Source: Balanoglossus misakiensis (lineage: Eukaryota; Animalia; Hemichordata). Taken from it: DNA of 64,000 bases. Of this stretch, positions 1-13,984 are shown one piece after another (position 1 is the first letter of the stretch; each line of letters starts with the position of its first letter). Below the pieces are notes generated by a model. That model was not told where the DNA came from, searched no databases, and worked only from the letters and a program-made list of their open reading frames with translations. Made by a program: the position numbers and the translations under genes. The stretch lies in contig CM082589.2 of assembly GCA_040954595.2 (NCBI GenBank), positions 8,440,232 to 8,504,231 of the forward strand. Direction: 5' to 3'.

Positions 1-391
1 CTGTCGACAAGACGCACATATGAGTGAGCCTGAATGCTGCACTCTGATTGGTCAATTTAGTAGCCACTAGAGGGCAGCGTTCGTGAGTCGCCCCCCCCCC
101 CCCCCCCCCCTGCTTACTAGGGTTATTGTTCGATGAACAACAACGTTGAGTTCCACCTGGGACTTGGACGTACATCCTGGTTCAACAGAAAACACAGATA
201 TAGTTGTTTATAAGTCTGAATTGCGGCATCCCTTACAGCAAACTGCGAAATATGCCCTTACATTAATCGTCTTGGTATTCCAAACAGTAGGCTTTGATCA
301 TATTTTTGGATTTTGGAGATACCTTTCTCTAGTGCCCCTTGGAGCTGAGGGTGTATTAGCTGAGAATGAAACCGTTTATCCCCCAATTTAA

Positions 392-1117
392 GGGGGCATT
401 GCATGAAAAGTTGTGATTTTTGCCTAATTTTTTTTACATAAATCGGTAGGTCTAATACTGACCCACATTCTGACAAATGCGTCTTGGCGGAAATGGAACA
501 TGATCACCCAAAAATAGCACTTTTCTAAATGAGTCCGCAGCTTAAGAAATAGGTGTCAACAATGCAAATTGCCATTTTTCTCAGTTTGCATTTTCGCTGC
601 TTTTGACAATTTCAGAAGAATTTAGCTCCGCTCTGCGTTGGCCGAATTTGCTCAAATTTTAACAGGGGATTGTGTATGACCCATCTAACAAAATAATTTT
701 TTTTAGTCGATAAAGTGTCCCTGGCGGGAATAATCTCTGATTCAATACAACTCATCGTTAATTTGATCAAATTTTCTAAAAATCTAACTTTCAAACGCTG
801 TTACTCCTCAATGGAAGCAGATAACGCAAAACAAAATTTTCATTTGTTTGCACGTGTACTATAGTTTCGAAAGACATATTAAGATGCATGATGCATGGTT
901 AACTTTTTACCTAATTCAAATTGAATGAGATAATATCAAAAATTGTTTTTTTAAACCCAAAAACGCAACCATTTCCGGGGGTCAATAAAATATGCAACTC
1001 AAACAAAAGTTCAAACATTCAGCTTCCACAATATATATGGTTTAAGGGGGTTTTAACGTTGTCTTTGACGAGAAATAGGCCTCTGAAAAAGTCTTGATGG
1101 TTTCGTGCAATGCCACC
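392..1117. mobile_element. TTAA-flanked non-autonomous DNA transposon (Kolobok-like MITE)
   Basis: TIRs GGGGGCATTGCATGAAA / TTTCGTGCAATGCCACC, with TTAA at 388-391 and 1118-1121. Confidence 0.75.
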
Positions 1118-1905
1118 TTAAAGTCCCATGAGCTGCAACTCGATAAACAATATGCTTTAAATAATCTCGGATATGCTTTTAATTTCGTCTATTAAATGAT
1201 ATTACCTGATACTAAATACAAAAAACAAAACATTTTATTTGTGATAAAATATCAAAAAAGAAATATAAGTACAGTAAAAGATTCACGCAGTTTTAAATAA
1301 GTGAAATCTTGCAATGAAAAAAATAAAAATGTAATGTCTCTCTTGGTAAACCATACCCAATAAAGAAATGAACATGTACCGGTACATTAACTATAACGTT
1401 ATTAAGGAATTGTCCTATACAAATTTTCTTCATATTTCAGAATGGAGAAAAACAACACACTACATATTCTTGTTTTGTCTCTCGTCATGAACTGTTTTAA
1501 ACTGTTTTGTCAGGCTGAAGAATCAGGTAATTGACTTCGTATGGTGATTGGAGAGAGAGAGAGAAGGGGGGAGGGTGTTTGTGGTAGTATCGAATGCCAA
1601 ACACACCATGGCACCCACATACTACAAACTGAAAACAAACCAAAACTATATTCGCTTGCGGCAAAGCTTTATTATTTATCTGGTTAAAACTTGCATATGC
1701 ACTCATATTTAGGGTTTATAATGCTTGTGTATAGTTCACTGCCTTCATCTGCATGGACTACTGGTAGTACAGTTTGAAACTAAAATTATGATAATTATCC
1801 CAAAAGTTACAGCTTATGTGCCTTTAATGACATAATTTATTTATAATTCCATGGCGTGTGTTTGGTTTTTAATGAGCATTACTTTTGTGCATCTTTGTTT
1901 AACAG

Positions 1906-4900
1906 ATCTTAGAATGGTCTTTGTGCATGTGAACGCCATAAATGAAATCATACCATTGGATGAGCCCAGTGGACTCGTACCCGTCATTAATTACCACAAC
2001 AACGGACCGGACGACATCACTGAAGCAAACGGAACCGACCTCAACTTTAATATCAAAGCTTACCTATCCTCGGACCCCGACAAAAGAGAGACAGACGCAA
2101 CATTCGCACTATCACTGGCGTTTCTGGGACTCAACTCCCTGATCGAGGATAACCTCCGGAAAGAATTGCTCGTGCGCCATTCCCGTGGGTTCACCCTGGA
2201 AGGCGTGAACATTGAGATCCCGTCGGATTCCTGCGAACAGGTGGATTACTTCTGCGTTGAGGCCGTTTTGGTTAAGGACGGTTTCACCGACCCCGATTTG
2301 AACAACAACATATACTGCGCAAAATTCGACTTGCCCCTGCCTGTTGACTTTGACAATGACAATATAGGAATATTCAAGTGTTATATAGGTAAGCCGCGGC
2401 CACGTTACATAACATATAGACGATAGTTTAACGTTCAATATCTTCTGGCGAGATATCTGTTAAAGGCCCTTCTCAAGAGTGGGTCAAATCTGTATGTTTC
2501 CAATAAACAGTTACGTGCTAACACAAAAGATTCTTATTTACCTCCATTGTTCTGCCAGATCGAGAAAATGGCCTTATCGACTGGTCAGCATACCTTCATA
2601 AAATTAACACCTTGAATCATTTGATATTTCCAATAATTATCTTGCTAGCTTTTATTTTAAATATAAGTCTGGACTTGACACTATCGCTATCAATCTTCTA
2701 AATAAACATGATTTTCTTGATTTGGAGAAGAGAATAAAACATTGGATGGTTACACGGAATAAAACACTTAAAGCACATTTCAAAGGGTACAGCTAGCTTC
2801 CGTTCGTTTTAAATACTTATGATGGTGTTTTTTTACCCAACGATATACGCCCAAACTAAGCACTGGACGAAGTCGCCGATGAATAATCATCTTCCGCTCG
2901 CACGGGTCCTGAGCAGCTCAACTACATACCTTGGTCGAAGAAGATGATGAAAATGCACACATTTCACGGTTCAGCCGTCTGTAATAATTATACAAAGCCG
3001 CAACAATAAAGCTTATCATGGCCACCAGTTCTCCCAGAATAACGTTTGATAACTTTCTTGACAGATATTGAAAATACGAACTCTCTTGTCACCGCTCCGG
3101 CCGACATCACCTACCTCGCTGGCACCGCTGAAACTGTCACTTTTCAAAGCACCATCCAGAACAATGGCGGCATCACGTTGGACGCCCAAAGCGCCGGCAA
3201 CTTCGCCCTCAAACCGGAGGTCTACCTCACCGACAGCGGCCAGTTAGAGACCGCCACGGTCAAAGTGCTGCAAGGAGCCATCGCCCAACGCTACACCGGC
3301 GACGTGGCCCCGGATACACCCATGACATTGTCGACATTCAACGCAGACATTCTGCTGCCCACCGAAAAGGCCATCTGCTCACAGATCACCCACATCTGCG
3401 TGGTCATAACGAAGGATGTCGGCAACTACACCGATAACGACGAAGCAAACAACGACTACTGTTTGGACTTTGGCAGTGTTGCTGACGGGAAGGCTGGAGT
3501 GAAATATGGATGTCCAATAGATGGGATAGGTAAGAGAAATACAACTAACATCGTCTCACCAAACAGTCTAAAGTCAAATCAAGCTATGTGTGTGAAATCT
3601 CTACACCTATAGTTGTTTTTCGTCAGTAAGGCTGCATTCACAAACACCTCTGGAGGGGGGGAGAATTGAGGGGGGGATTTGAAAAAAATGAGGGTATGTA
3701 AGGGGGGGATTTGAAATAATTTAGGGACTGAAAGGGGGGGACTTGAAAACTTTGACGACTAAATATTTATTTTGAGTCCACAAAAATGCAGTTTCGCGCC
3801 CTTTATTTTACAAAATATTCTAATGTGGGAGGGGGACACCCCCTCCATTCATCAACACCTTTCAATCATTGACTGGTTTATCTAGTGTCCCAGGTCAGGG
3901 GATTTGCCCCCACCGCATGATAACTTTGAGCGGCGACATACCGGTAGTTGAGTTAATTTGCTTTTGCCGGGTTCATAAAAATGCAGCTTTGAGCTCTGTA
4001 TTTTATAAATTTTCTAAATTTTCCCACACCCACCCCCTTCAATTCTCGGTTTACAATGTCTCCCAACACAGAATACTTAGAAAATAAAAACAATGTTCAG
4101 TTGTAATACCCACTGATGAGGGGAAACATCAGTTTCAAATTCTATTCATGGGAGCGCTGTTTTTCTTTTTTACAAGATAGATACATGTAGGTGATGTGTT
4201 TTGCTTCGTGAAAGAAAATGGGGGGGGATTTCAAAATTTTGGCAGTTCGGAAGGGGGGGATTTGAAATATTTTGGGTTGTGTACGGGGGGCATGTGAAAA
4301 TTAGCGGTAAAAAAATTGAATTCTCCCCCCCCCCCCTCCAGAGGTGTTTGTGAATGCAGCCTAACCAAACTTTCAAATACGACGTTTCTCTCTAAAATTA
4401 GAGCTACTGTACACCACACTCAGTCAGGTAAAACAAACAAACAAACAAACATTTCGTACGCAAGTGCAGACTAGATTCCACGTATTAAGTTCGAGTACTT
4501 GTTTTAATTGCAGACTTACAGATCCAGTCATTCGAAGTTAGAGATTGGGAAACTACCATATACGATATTGGTGCTGACAATACCATCACTGTCGACGCTT
4601 TCATTGTCAACCTTGGCGATGACGCCATCTCAGCCTCCAACGGCCCAGACAATTACGACTTTGAAGTTCACCTGAGTAACCACCGCGAGGACCTCGACAC
4701 GGCCACGCTGACCGTACCCTGTGACATGGATCTGGGGGTGACCACTAACCTGAAGTCGGGCCTGGCGTACGGCGACTCCCTGGGCACCAACGGCGTCGTG
4801 GCCACGTGCACTCTACCCGCAGACTTGTGCCCGGCATACCAAAGCGTCTGTCTGAAAGTAGTGAATGGGCCGAACGCTCCCTACACGGAGATCGTGACCG

Positions 4901-6679
4901 ACAACAATGTCGTCTGCCAAGAATTTGGGGACATGATAGGAAACAAGATTTGTTCAATATTGGACATAGGTAAACCCGGCGTCAGTTGTTCACTCATTGA
5001 CAAGTAACCTTTGTTACAGCAGACCGTCACAGAAACAGAGCAATGACATCGGGGAAAAATTGTCCGCGTGATTATCAAATATGTACCAATCCCTCCTATA
5101 TCGTTTAATTAAGCAATAACCCCCGCCGCAGGCGGGTATACCCGAGATTTGGGTACAATTCGAGACATATAGCACGAGCCGTCAGGCGAGTGCTATATGG
5201 AGCAAATTGTACCCAAATCGAGTGTATACCCGACTGAGGCGGGGGGTATTGCTATTATATTATATCAACAATTGTTTTTGCTGCATATCACTGTAATTTT
5301 CTTACCGAAACGGCGTCAGAAAGAGAAATTACGATCGTGAACCAACATGGCGACGATGAATGTAAACACGAGCGGCCGGGATCCAGCCGGGATCCAGCAT
5401 TAAACATGAAGCAGACGACAAAAAGTGACAAGACAGGCATCGCGCGTGGCAAAGTGACAAATATTTCCACAGAGCAGTTAATTCAACAGTATTTTTACGC
5501 GCGACTGTGGTTTAACCGCACATTTTCACCAACGCATGCTAGTTCAGGGGCCCGTTTTAGCACTGCCAGCAGTGCATTATGAGTATTTTACAATCGCTGG
5601 ATTGAGCTCTCGTCCAATCAGAATTGCGGACGGTAGCATGATGTAATATAATGACCGATGAACACAGTTCCTTGAGTGTGAACATTTGGACAATGTAGCT
5701 CCATTAGCTGTAACCTTTGATTATGTTTTTAGGATTTCTTTCTTTTTATCCATCAAGAATGCTGAAACACTCAAGTGTTGGGCCTTGTCACAGTCATGCG
5801 TTGATATCGTGGGAAATTTTTAATTGTCAGAATTGAATTGAGCCAACAATGGTCAGTACGAATACCGAATTATTTGACAATTACAAGCGGGGGTACTATG
5901 TAATAAAATAATGCACGGATTTGCTTTTAATAAATTCTTTAATTTACCATGTGTAAAATATCTAAGGTTGTTGTTTTTCGCAGTTTGTCTGCCATTTTAG
6001 ACAGTTTGTTCTTAATTTTCTCACAGATCTCCAGCCCACCCAGGCGACCGTCACGCCATCACAGGAACCGTATCCGTTGGATACCAATGTGCCAACCGAC
6101 ATCGCTGTCCGGGTCACCAACGCCGGGCCTGGCCACCTTCCCGAGGCAGACGACTCGAACGTAAACTTTGGGGTGTCGGTCTGTCTGTCCGACGGGGAAA
6201 ACATTCAGATCATTCAAAGTCCACACCCTCCCACCATCAACGTCACTCAGCTGAAGCAAGGCCTCGACGCGGGCGGCGTCACCGACATCCTCATTTCGGC
6301 CATCGACGTCCACATTCCCGAAGACTCCTGCGAGCAGCTGCTGTATCTCTGCGTTACGGTGTCTCTGGACACGAGCAGCATTTTCACCGACATTGACCCT
6401 TCAAACGACAACCGGTGCGTGGAATTCGGTCCCACTGCCGAAGGGAAAGCCGGTGAAACAGAATGCTTTGTTGGTAAGACGTACACACACTGTACACACC
6501 TTATGTACAATTACTGGGCCCTAAGAAACGATAAAACACCTTGCAAATTCATAATACACTGTTACTATTTCCAAGTCAGGCAAGCACCAACAGACATTAT
6601 CCGAGTAAGAACTGAAGATTGGCGTCGATCATGAGTACACATCGCTCTCGCATTCTGTTCAACACGAATGTCTTTTAAC

Positions 6680-6737
<58 letters not shown>

Positions 6738-9036
6738 AATACTGTCAGACAATAATTCAAACAAAATATTTTCAGATATTAACGCCACGGCTGTTGAGGT
6801 AAGGACATCGATGGATTTGACGTACAAGCCAGGCTTCGAAACAGACATAATGATACTGCTCTCGGTCGCAAACGAAGGAGGATTGGTCGTCGACGAGGCA
6901 GAAGATGGCCATAACTTTGCTGTTGCCGTGTATCTGACAAACGATGCGGACATCAACCAGGTCACGGTTAAACTGCCGGCGGCTGTTACCAGCGACGGTT
7001 TCACCAACCGCATACCCGGCAAGCCGGACACCCTGACCTTGCCCACCATCTCGGTTAAAGTCACCATGCCAATCGTCAAGGCCACGTGCGAGGAACTGAC
7101 CCACTTCTGCGTGGAACTGACTCACGACGACGCCAAATACGTCGACGTCGATCCGAGCAATGACTTCGTCTGCATCGAATTCGGCCCAGTGGCGCAGGGA
7201 TACGCCGGCATCAAAACGTGTGACGTAAGCATAGGTAAGAGAACGTTAACATTTATCCAGGAGCCTGGATCTTTCGCAAGACCAGATTCTGAATACCCCA
7301 ATGACCGAAGCGGCACCTGGTATAAACTATGGCAGTGTCTCTAAATTCATTGCAGCTGGGCCATTGGCTGTGTCTCCAGTAACTGTGAATATGTGCAGAA
7401 TCGACACGTGACGCTTATACGTGATACCGTATTAGGATTTTTGAGTCTTGAACTTAAGGAGGATTAGGATAGTTTTGTGATAAATACGAATGTCTAAACT
7501 TATCGCAGAAAACCAAGACATATATTTTTTAAAACTTGACATCATTCTTATTTCATATTATACCTCGATGCAATTGTGAGTCAACAAGCTAATCCATACC
7601 CAGTGTGGTTTAGATAGACTCACCTTGTGTGCGAGTCGATCTCTAGCGGTTCTTCTACGGGTAAAACGTTTAATATCTATCTGTCTGTCTGTCTGTCTGT
7701 CTATCCAGCTAATTTGACTTTGGCAGATGCAGATAACACGGCGTGGCTTGGAGGTAAGTGTGTGGAAATATAAAGGAGACATGTTGGTATAATGTTCACA
7801 CCTGTTTTTTTGCTCGGCCACGGACCTTGCTGGGACAAGGTCCTAGCCTTTTTGAGTAATGTGAACGGCCTAACTGAGGCACAAAGATGTGATTTTAATA
7901 TCTTTCCATTGTGTTACAAACTTATGGTTCAAGATAAATTCCTTTGCATCACTTTTCACTGTTACCACCTACAGCAAATACATTAAACGCTGGCTGAATT
8001 CTGAAAGGACAGCAGTGGACAGCACTCATATGTGGCAAACATCTGGTTGTTATTTTCAATTCGTGACTTAAAGAGAATGTCTCGGCTAACATTTTTTTCT
8101 TTCGTTTATTAGTTATAATTGCTTCGCCGATAGTGGTTTTGGCATTAATCACCATCCCCATCGTTATCTACATTCGTCGAAGGTATAGTAAATTAAGTGC
8201 AATCTAAACATTAATCGTCGCACCAATAGCAGCAGAAAGGAAGTGCGGGCCTCACAGAATGAGTCTTTAAAATAAATGGTAATCTTGCGAACCTTTGAAT
8301 TCGTTGCTATGTTCAAATAAGAGCCATTTTGAAAACAAGGAAGAAAACTGGGCGTTCACCATCTGCATCTTGTTTTCACAAAAAACACTAACTTTAAATT
8401 CTCTCCATAGACATATACAATGTAGGTAAAACAGAGATTAGGCGGCCATTTTGAATTTCGAATTTTATAAGACAATTTGAGTCATTTTGCTCCATCGTTA
8501 ACAAGTTTGCACGATGACCCATAAATTTTATTCTCAAATAAAGAGAAAATAATCATGGTTGTCTTGCTTGAGTAAAATCTCAGAAAAATGTTAAGACTTT
8601 AAATTTTGAGGCGCATCTACCTTAAGGTGCGAAACATAGCCAAATATCTTAACACCTGCCAAAATGTACATGTATATGATAAGAGAGATAATATGTTTTT
8701 TCCTCACACAGAAACGTCATTCGAAAATCGGATGAATTTCAGAGAAACGACTACCAAAATTCTAATTCAATCGAGTTAAGCGAGAATCCCACTGAACCAC
8801 CCCGACCGGTGACTGAAACAATTTCATCCGAACACTTGTACGACACTCTAAACCATTTTGATGACGTGTATATATACACATCTCAGAATGATCGCGGTCA
8901 TGCCCACAGTATTGAGGAGCCAGATGGGGTCACAGATGATCATGAATACGCTGAACCGACCGATGAAAATAATACCTACACCGAACTCACCGATAAAGAC
9001 ATTGAATTCTACACGCATATGCAGCCACATAATTAA
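1906..9036 (+). CDS. Type-I transmembrane receptor-like protein with tandem CARDB/Ig-like Cys-containing repeats and a Tyr-motif cytoplasmic tail (5' end lies outside the window)
   Basis: AG/GT-bounded symmetric phase-1 exons at 1906-2388, 3065-3529, 4514-4969, 6027-6473 and 6776-7234 (149-161 codons each) share the pattern D[LI]..N.G..[YHC]L[ST]..P...C....[FLIV]C......[DE]...NN..C..F...G...C. They are followed by microexon 7727-7753, TM exon 8113-8182 (VIIASPIVVLALITIPIVIYIRR) and last exon 8712-9036 (YQN, LYDTL, YIYT, YAEP, YTEL, YTHM, stop). All splice phases are compatible. The CARDB-like assignment is motif-based inference. Confidence 0.8.
3630..4361. mobile_element. PIF/Harbinger-type MITE
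   Basis: TIR GGCTGCATTCACAAACACCTC(TGGAGGGGG) with a TAA target duplication on both sides. A second copy lies inverted at 13373-13984. Confidence 0.85.
5109..5651. mobile_element. Non-autonomous element with long terminal hairpin (Crypton-like architecture)
   Basis: A ~150-bp imperfect palindrome (TAAGCAATAACCCCCGCC..GGCGGGGGGTATTGCTA) at 5110-5255, then CCAATCAG near the other end. A related partial copy lies at ~52695-52945. The superfamily assignment is tentative. Confidence 0.5.
6680..6735. repeat. (ATTG)n microsatellite
   Basis: Direct reading. Confidence 0.95.
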
Positions 9037-10446
9037 ACTGTACATATCGTATATTGGGGCAGAGATAGAAATAACATTTTTGAATCTCATATTTACAGAA
9101 GTCTACTCCAAGGAACATTTAATCATGTTTTCAATTTCTTATTCATTTGTTCGAAACGCGTGTTGTCTCATCTTTCACGGATTTGACTGTGTTATGCTTT
9201 GTATGGAAATATTTTATTAGCTGAATAACATTTACCAAACAATTGTAGAAGATATTTACATTGTAATATATAATTATAAAACACACATAAACGGGTTACG
9301 GAATAGTTCTTACAGAAAATAATAATTTTTCACTCGTACTGGGACATTTTAAACCTTATGAGAGCATGCCATGTAGTGCTGTACTATTTTGCATACGCCT
9401 TTCAATACAACTGGCCACGCAAACATAATATAGAATGTCGATGGGTGTGATCGGAGTTTATAAAATAAAACATGGTAAAATAGCTTCAGTTGAAAATATT
9501 TGTATGCATTTTTAGTAATAAGGAATCGGTTCAAATCAAATAGTTATGTTGTGCTGTGCAGTATACTTCAACTGTCAGACTTTGCACTTGTTTATGCAGA
9601 GAAATAGCACGCAAAAGTTCGATGACGTTTGCAAAAAAAGTCGAGGAAGCCGTCAACTTCCTCCTTGACGTTTGATAATTGCCACTATCATTCCGCCTGT
9701 CCTTTCCGTCAAATTATTATCAAGTGTGAGATGACGCATGCCTGCAGGCTGTAACATGGCAACGTACGATCAGTGGACATAATGCATGCTGTACTGATTG
9801 ACCTTTTCAGTCAGTGGCGGTGACCGCGAAGCGGAATACATCATCATCACCTATCTGGTGATAATTGGCCAACCTCAAGGCATCTCAATTCTGTAAAATT
9901 GGATATAACACATATCGGAAATGAATTTCATATACTTATGATATTTAAAGCCTTTCGTCTGTGATTAAAGGTACATTGTCACCGATGCAAATTTAGCCAT
10001 GGTTACCATGGAAAGTTGAGACCTGGCCAATCACAGATTTGCTAGTGAGTCGCACACAACGACGGCCCCTGACGAGACTCGCGCAAAAGTGCGCCCCTAT
10101 TCGGTCATTCAAAGGCTTAGACACGCCTTTTTGACCAGTTTATGGGTATATGCAAATTAGATGTGACTATTTAAATAACAGTTATGTTGCGGATACTTGG
10201 GATACTCAAACATGTACAAGTCGAAGATCAAACGTGGGCATATTTGTGACATGCTATATTTAACAATCCCATTATTCATGGTTATTATTTGATGAGCACA
10301 GTAATCTTCTTTACCATAGTTCCGCTGCCATCGTTAGATTAGACGGATGTAGCCAACACAGGAAATCATCTCTCTGTTCTGATGTTAAGATCTAGTGGTG
10401 GTCAAGTTTGGGGACCAAAATCACTGTGACAGTTTAATTTGAAATC

Positions 10447-12999
10447 TAGCAACAGATGGGACTTATAAATTTATTTTACAGCACTTGTTGGAATGCGAAC
10501 CACTCGCTTCACCACCAAGAGTTGACCGGTCAAGTGAATACAAACAATTGAATACAATCGCATAGTAGTACCGTTAATAGTACTTACTATAAGTATCTCA
10601 ATGCATCAAACAGCAAATTTTACCGTTTTATGGCAAGCATACTTCAATTAATCATTTCTTGGTACTCAACCCAGAAAGTGACCGACGCGCTTTCATATTC
10701 CACTGCGGCCAGTTGACCGCCACCCACATATATTTACAAGTTGAAACACCGACCCGTTATTGTGAAATATTGAAGATAATCTATCTCCATACTCTTCTAA
10801 GTTGAATCACCTTTATCGCAGTTTACGTACGGTTGCCCAAAATGTGTTTGATACTTGTACAGTCAACCACTATATTATTATATTATGATTGCAACTTGAA
10901 AATAAACAATATACAGAATAAGGGTGCCAGTGAGTATCCAAAAACACAGTGATTCATTATAAAAGATCTTATATGCAAACATTGATTACTAGTATTAAAG
11001 TAATATCAGAATTTGCTAACGTTTGTCAAATCAACAACTTTTTGACACTTAAATATCTCAGTAACATTATTACATACTCGGTGTATAGCTTACGATTGGT
11101 TGCGTCGCAATGGAAATATCAATCAATCGACCGATCGGCCGGCCGACCGATTAATCAATTAATCGATCAATTAATCAATCAATTAGTCGGTCAATCGAAT
11201 TTATATAGCATCGAATTCTTATCCGTAGTGAGGGCCAAGATATGTGGTGATGCAATGAACGATTCATCTATAAAGTAAACTAAAGTGCAAAATGTTTTTC
11301 TAAAAAGTGGGTGATTGTTGACTTTGATCACAGATTCGACATTCTGCCTAAAATCGCTATGAAATTATGAACAATATGAATAAAACGTAAATTCGTAAAA
11401 TATGAGAAATTTGCGTAATGACAACGACAGATTGCTTCGAGTATTTTGACCAATACGAATTATTGAAATAAATTAATATCAAGACACGGCAACTTAAAAT
11501 TTGGCGTCTCACTATCATTGCAAAGACACGGGAAATTCCTGCCATGCAGGTGCCAAATATTTATCGTGGTCGTAAAGCTGATAGCCTACGTTTAATTTAA
11601 GTCATGGATTCCGTCTAGAATACAAGTTATGTTTCTGACAGTATACTCCTAACATTGTATGACAGTCTTACGTTCAGCCTTTCAACAGATTTTATTGTGA
11701 AAACAGAACCTATATTTAATGCAGTATATTAGTTTTTTTCCAGCACTGTGACCGACTTGATCAAAAACGAAACGGTGGAACTTGATAGATTATCGTACAA
11801 ACACCATAAAACTCTGAAGAGTTTGCGTTGTTGTGCTACTTGGTATTTAAATGGTAATAGACATTTGTGTCTTCTTTGCCTCTGATGTGTTCTCCAATAA
11901 TCCTAGTTTCCCCTTCTCGAACAGTTACTCGGTCAAAAACGAAACAGTGGAGCTTGATAGATTATCTTACAAACACCATAAAACTCAGCGAACTTCGCGT
12001 TGTTGTGTTACTTGGTATAAATGGTTGTACATGCTTTCCTTTGGTGTGCACTCGAATGAAAACAGTTTTCTCTCTTCTTCTGGAAAACTACTGTGTTGGA
12101 CAGTGACTCTAATTACCGTTAGCGTGTCAGAATATATTTGTCTAAATTCAGGCTATTTTTTTCCACTGATAATACTACCACATTTAGGAAATTGAGCAGG
12201 TATACTTTGTGTGCCACACAACCCAGGAAGAAAACAGTTAACAGCTAACAAAGCAATTTGCAAGTCTTCTTCATAGTAGTGCTGTAATATTCATAAAAAT
12301 ATATGTGCCAGTGACCCTTACATTATATGGCTATGCTTTCATTTTGGCCGAGGGCCAACACTATTGTAATAAACTGCATGGATTTTTTTTTTATATTTAT
12401 TTATTAATAAGTCTGTCATTGGAATTAGAGCGATTTTATGATAATTCAGCTAAACTCGGATCTACGCCACCGCTTAAAAAATCAAACGTTCATGTAATTT
12501 CAAACCAAACAAAGTTGTCTGTCGATTTATTCAAAGTTTTAAGTGGTATCGAAGTATTCGAATTGATAGGCAATGGTTTATTTCTATTATTAGAAGAACC
12601 ACCTGTGAATGTGGACGCAATTTGCCAAAATGTCAGTATTTAACGAACGTGACACAACACACACTCAAACATACCCCTTCCACGCAGAATAACTTCAGAG
12701 TTTGTGGGCGATAGCAGGGCCCCTATTGCCCTGGTTTGCTTGTATCCGATCGGTGTGAGGTTCGACCTCGTGCGAGCCAATCATAGCAGGCGTTACCCAT
12801 CATTTAGGTAAACACGAACATCTAATATGGCGCCGACCAGCTGCAGCTCCCGGCTCAGTTGATGAACACACACGTCACAACAGAACCTATTTTCACCGAA
12901 GTCCTGTCACAGTACTTGCTGATCACACTGAATTAATCCCGTTATGATGTGAAGTGAGAGACCTTTAATCAGTCGCCATTTCATCAATCTGGGATACTC
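10447..12999 (+). repeat. 2.5-kb direct segmental duplication, copy 1
   Basis: Near-identical to 15277-17722 from TAGCAACAGATGGGACTT to CTGGGATACTC, with a few indels. The ORF track shows the duplicated spurious ORFs. Confidence 0.92.
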
Positions 13000-13372
13000 T
13001 TTCGAATGCAATATATTTACACTGCGAGATTCAAATGGCACCATTTCTAGTAGTATGTGGTATGCACGTAATGGGAAACACACTGTCATGCAAAATGAGC
13101 ATACATGTAGTTTCACAGTTGTTCAAATTTTCATTACAAGACCCGCATTGAGAGCCTATCCATGGAAACTCATACACGATGTGACAGTTAACTCACCGAG
13201 AGGCAAATGCTAACAAATACAACAGTTGAACTCAACAAAAAGAGATAACCTAATTTCATTTTAATTATATTATATTTTGAGGCAATCAACACATGTATGC
13301 AATGGCATTGGGCTGTATCCATATAATCAACATACGCATATTATTGTACAGACAATTTTTCTCTTAGTTTTA

Positions 13373-13984
13373 GGCTGCATTCACAAACACTTGAGGGGGG
13401 GCGGGAGAATTCATTTTTTACCGTTAATTTCCACATGCCCCCCCCGTACACAACCCGAAATATTTTCAAATCCCCCTTTCCGAACTGCCAAAATTGTGAA
13501 ATCCCCCCCCCCATTTTCTTTCACACAGCAAAACACATCACCTATCTATCTTGTAAAAAAGAAAAACAGCGCTCCCATGAAAAGAATATGAAACTGATGT
13601 TTTACCTCATCAGTGGGTATTAAAACGGAACATTGTTTTTAAGTATTTGTATTCTGTGTTGGCAGACATTGTAAACCGAGAAGTGAAGGGGGTGGTGGCT
13701 TAAAGTCAGCATGTGGGGGAGGGGGGGGGGCAAGTCCCCTGCCCTGGGAAACCAGTCAATGATTGAAAGGTGTTGATGAATGACGGGTGTGGGTGTGGGA
13801 GGGGGTGTCCCCCTACCACATAAGAAAATGTTGTATTATGAAGGGTTCAAAACTGCATTTTTGTGGACGCAAAATAAATATTTAATCCTCAAAGTTTTCA
13901 AGTCCCCCCTTACATACGCTCATTTTTATTCAAATCCCCCTCAATTCTCCCCCCCCCCTTCCACAGGTGTTTGTGAATGCAGCC
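13373..13984. mobile_element. PIF/Harbinger-type MITE (inverted copy of the 3630-4361 family)
   Basis: Same TIR GGCTGCATTCACAAACAC with TTA TSD. The internal sequence is the reverse complement of 3630-4361. Confidence 0.85.
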
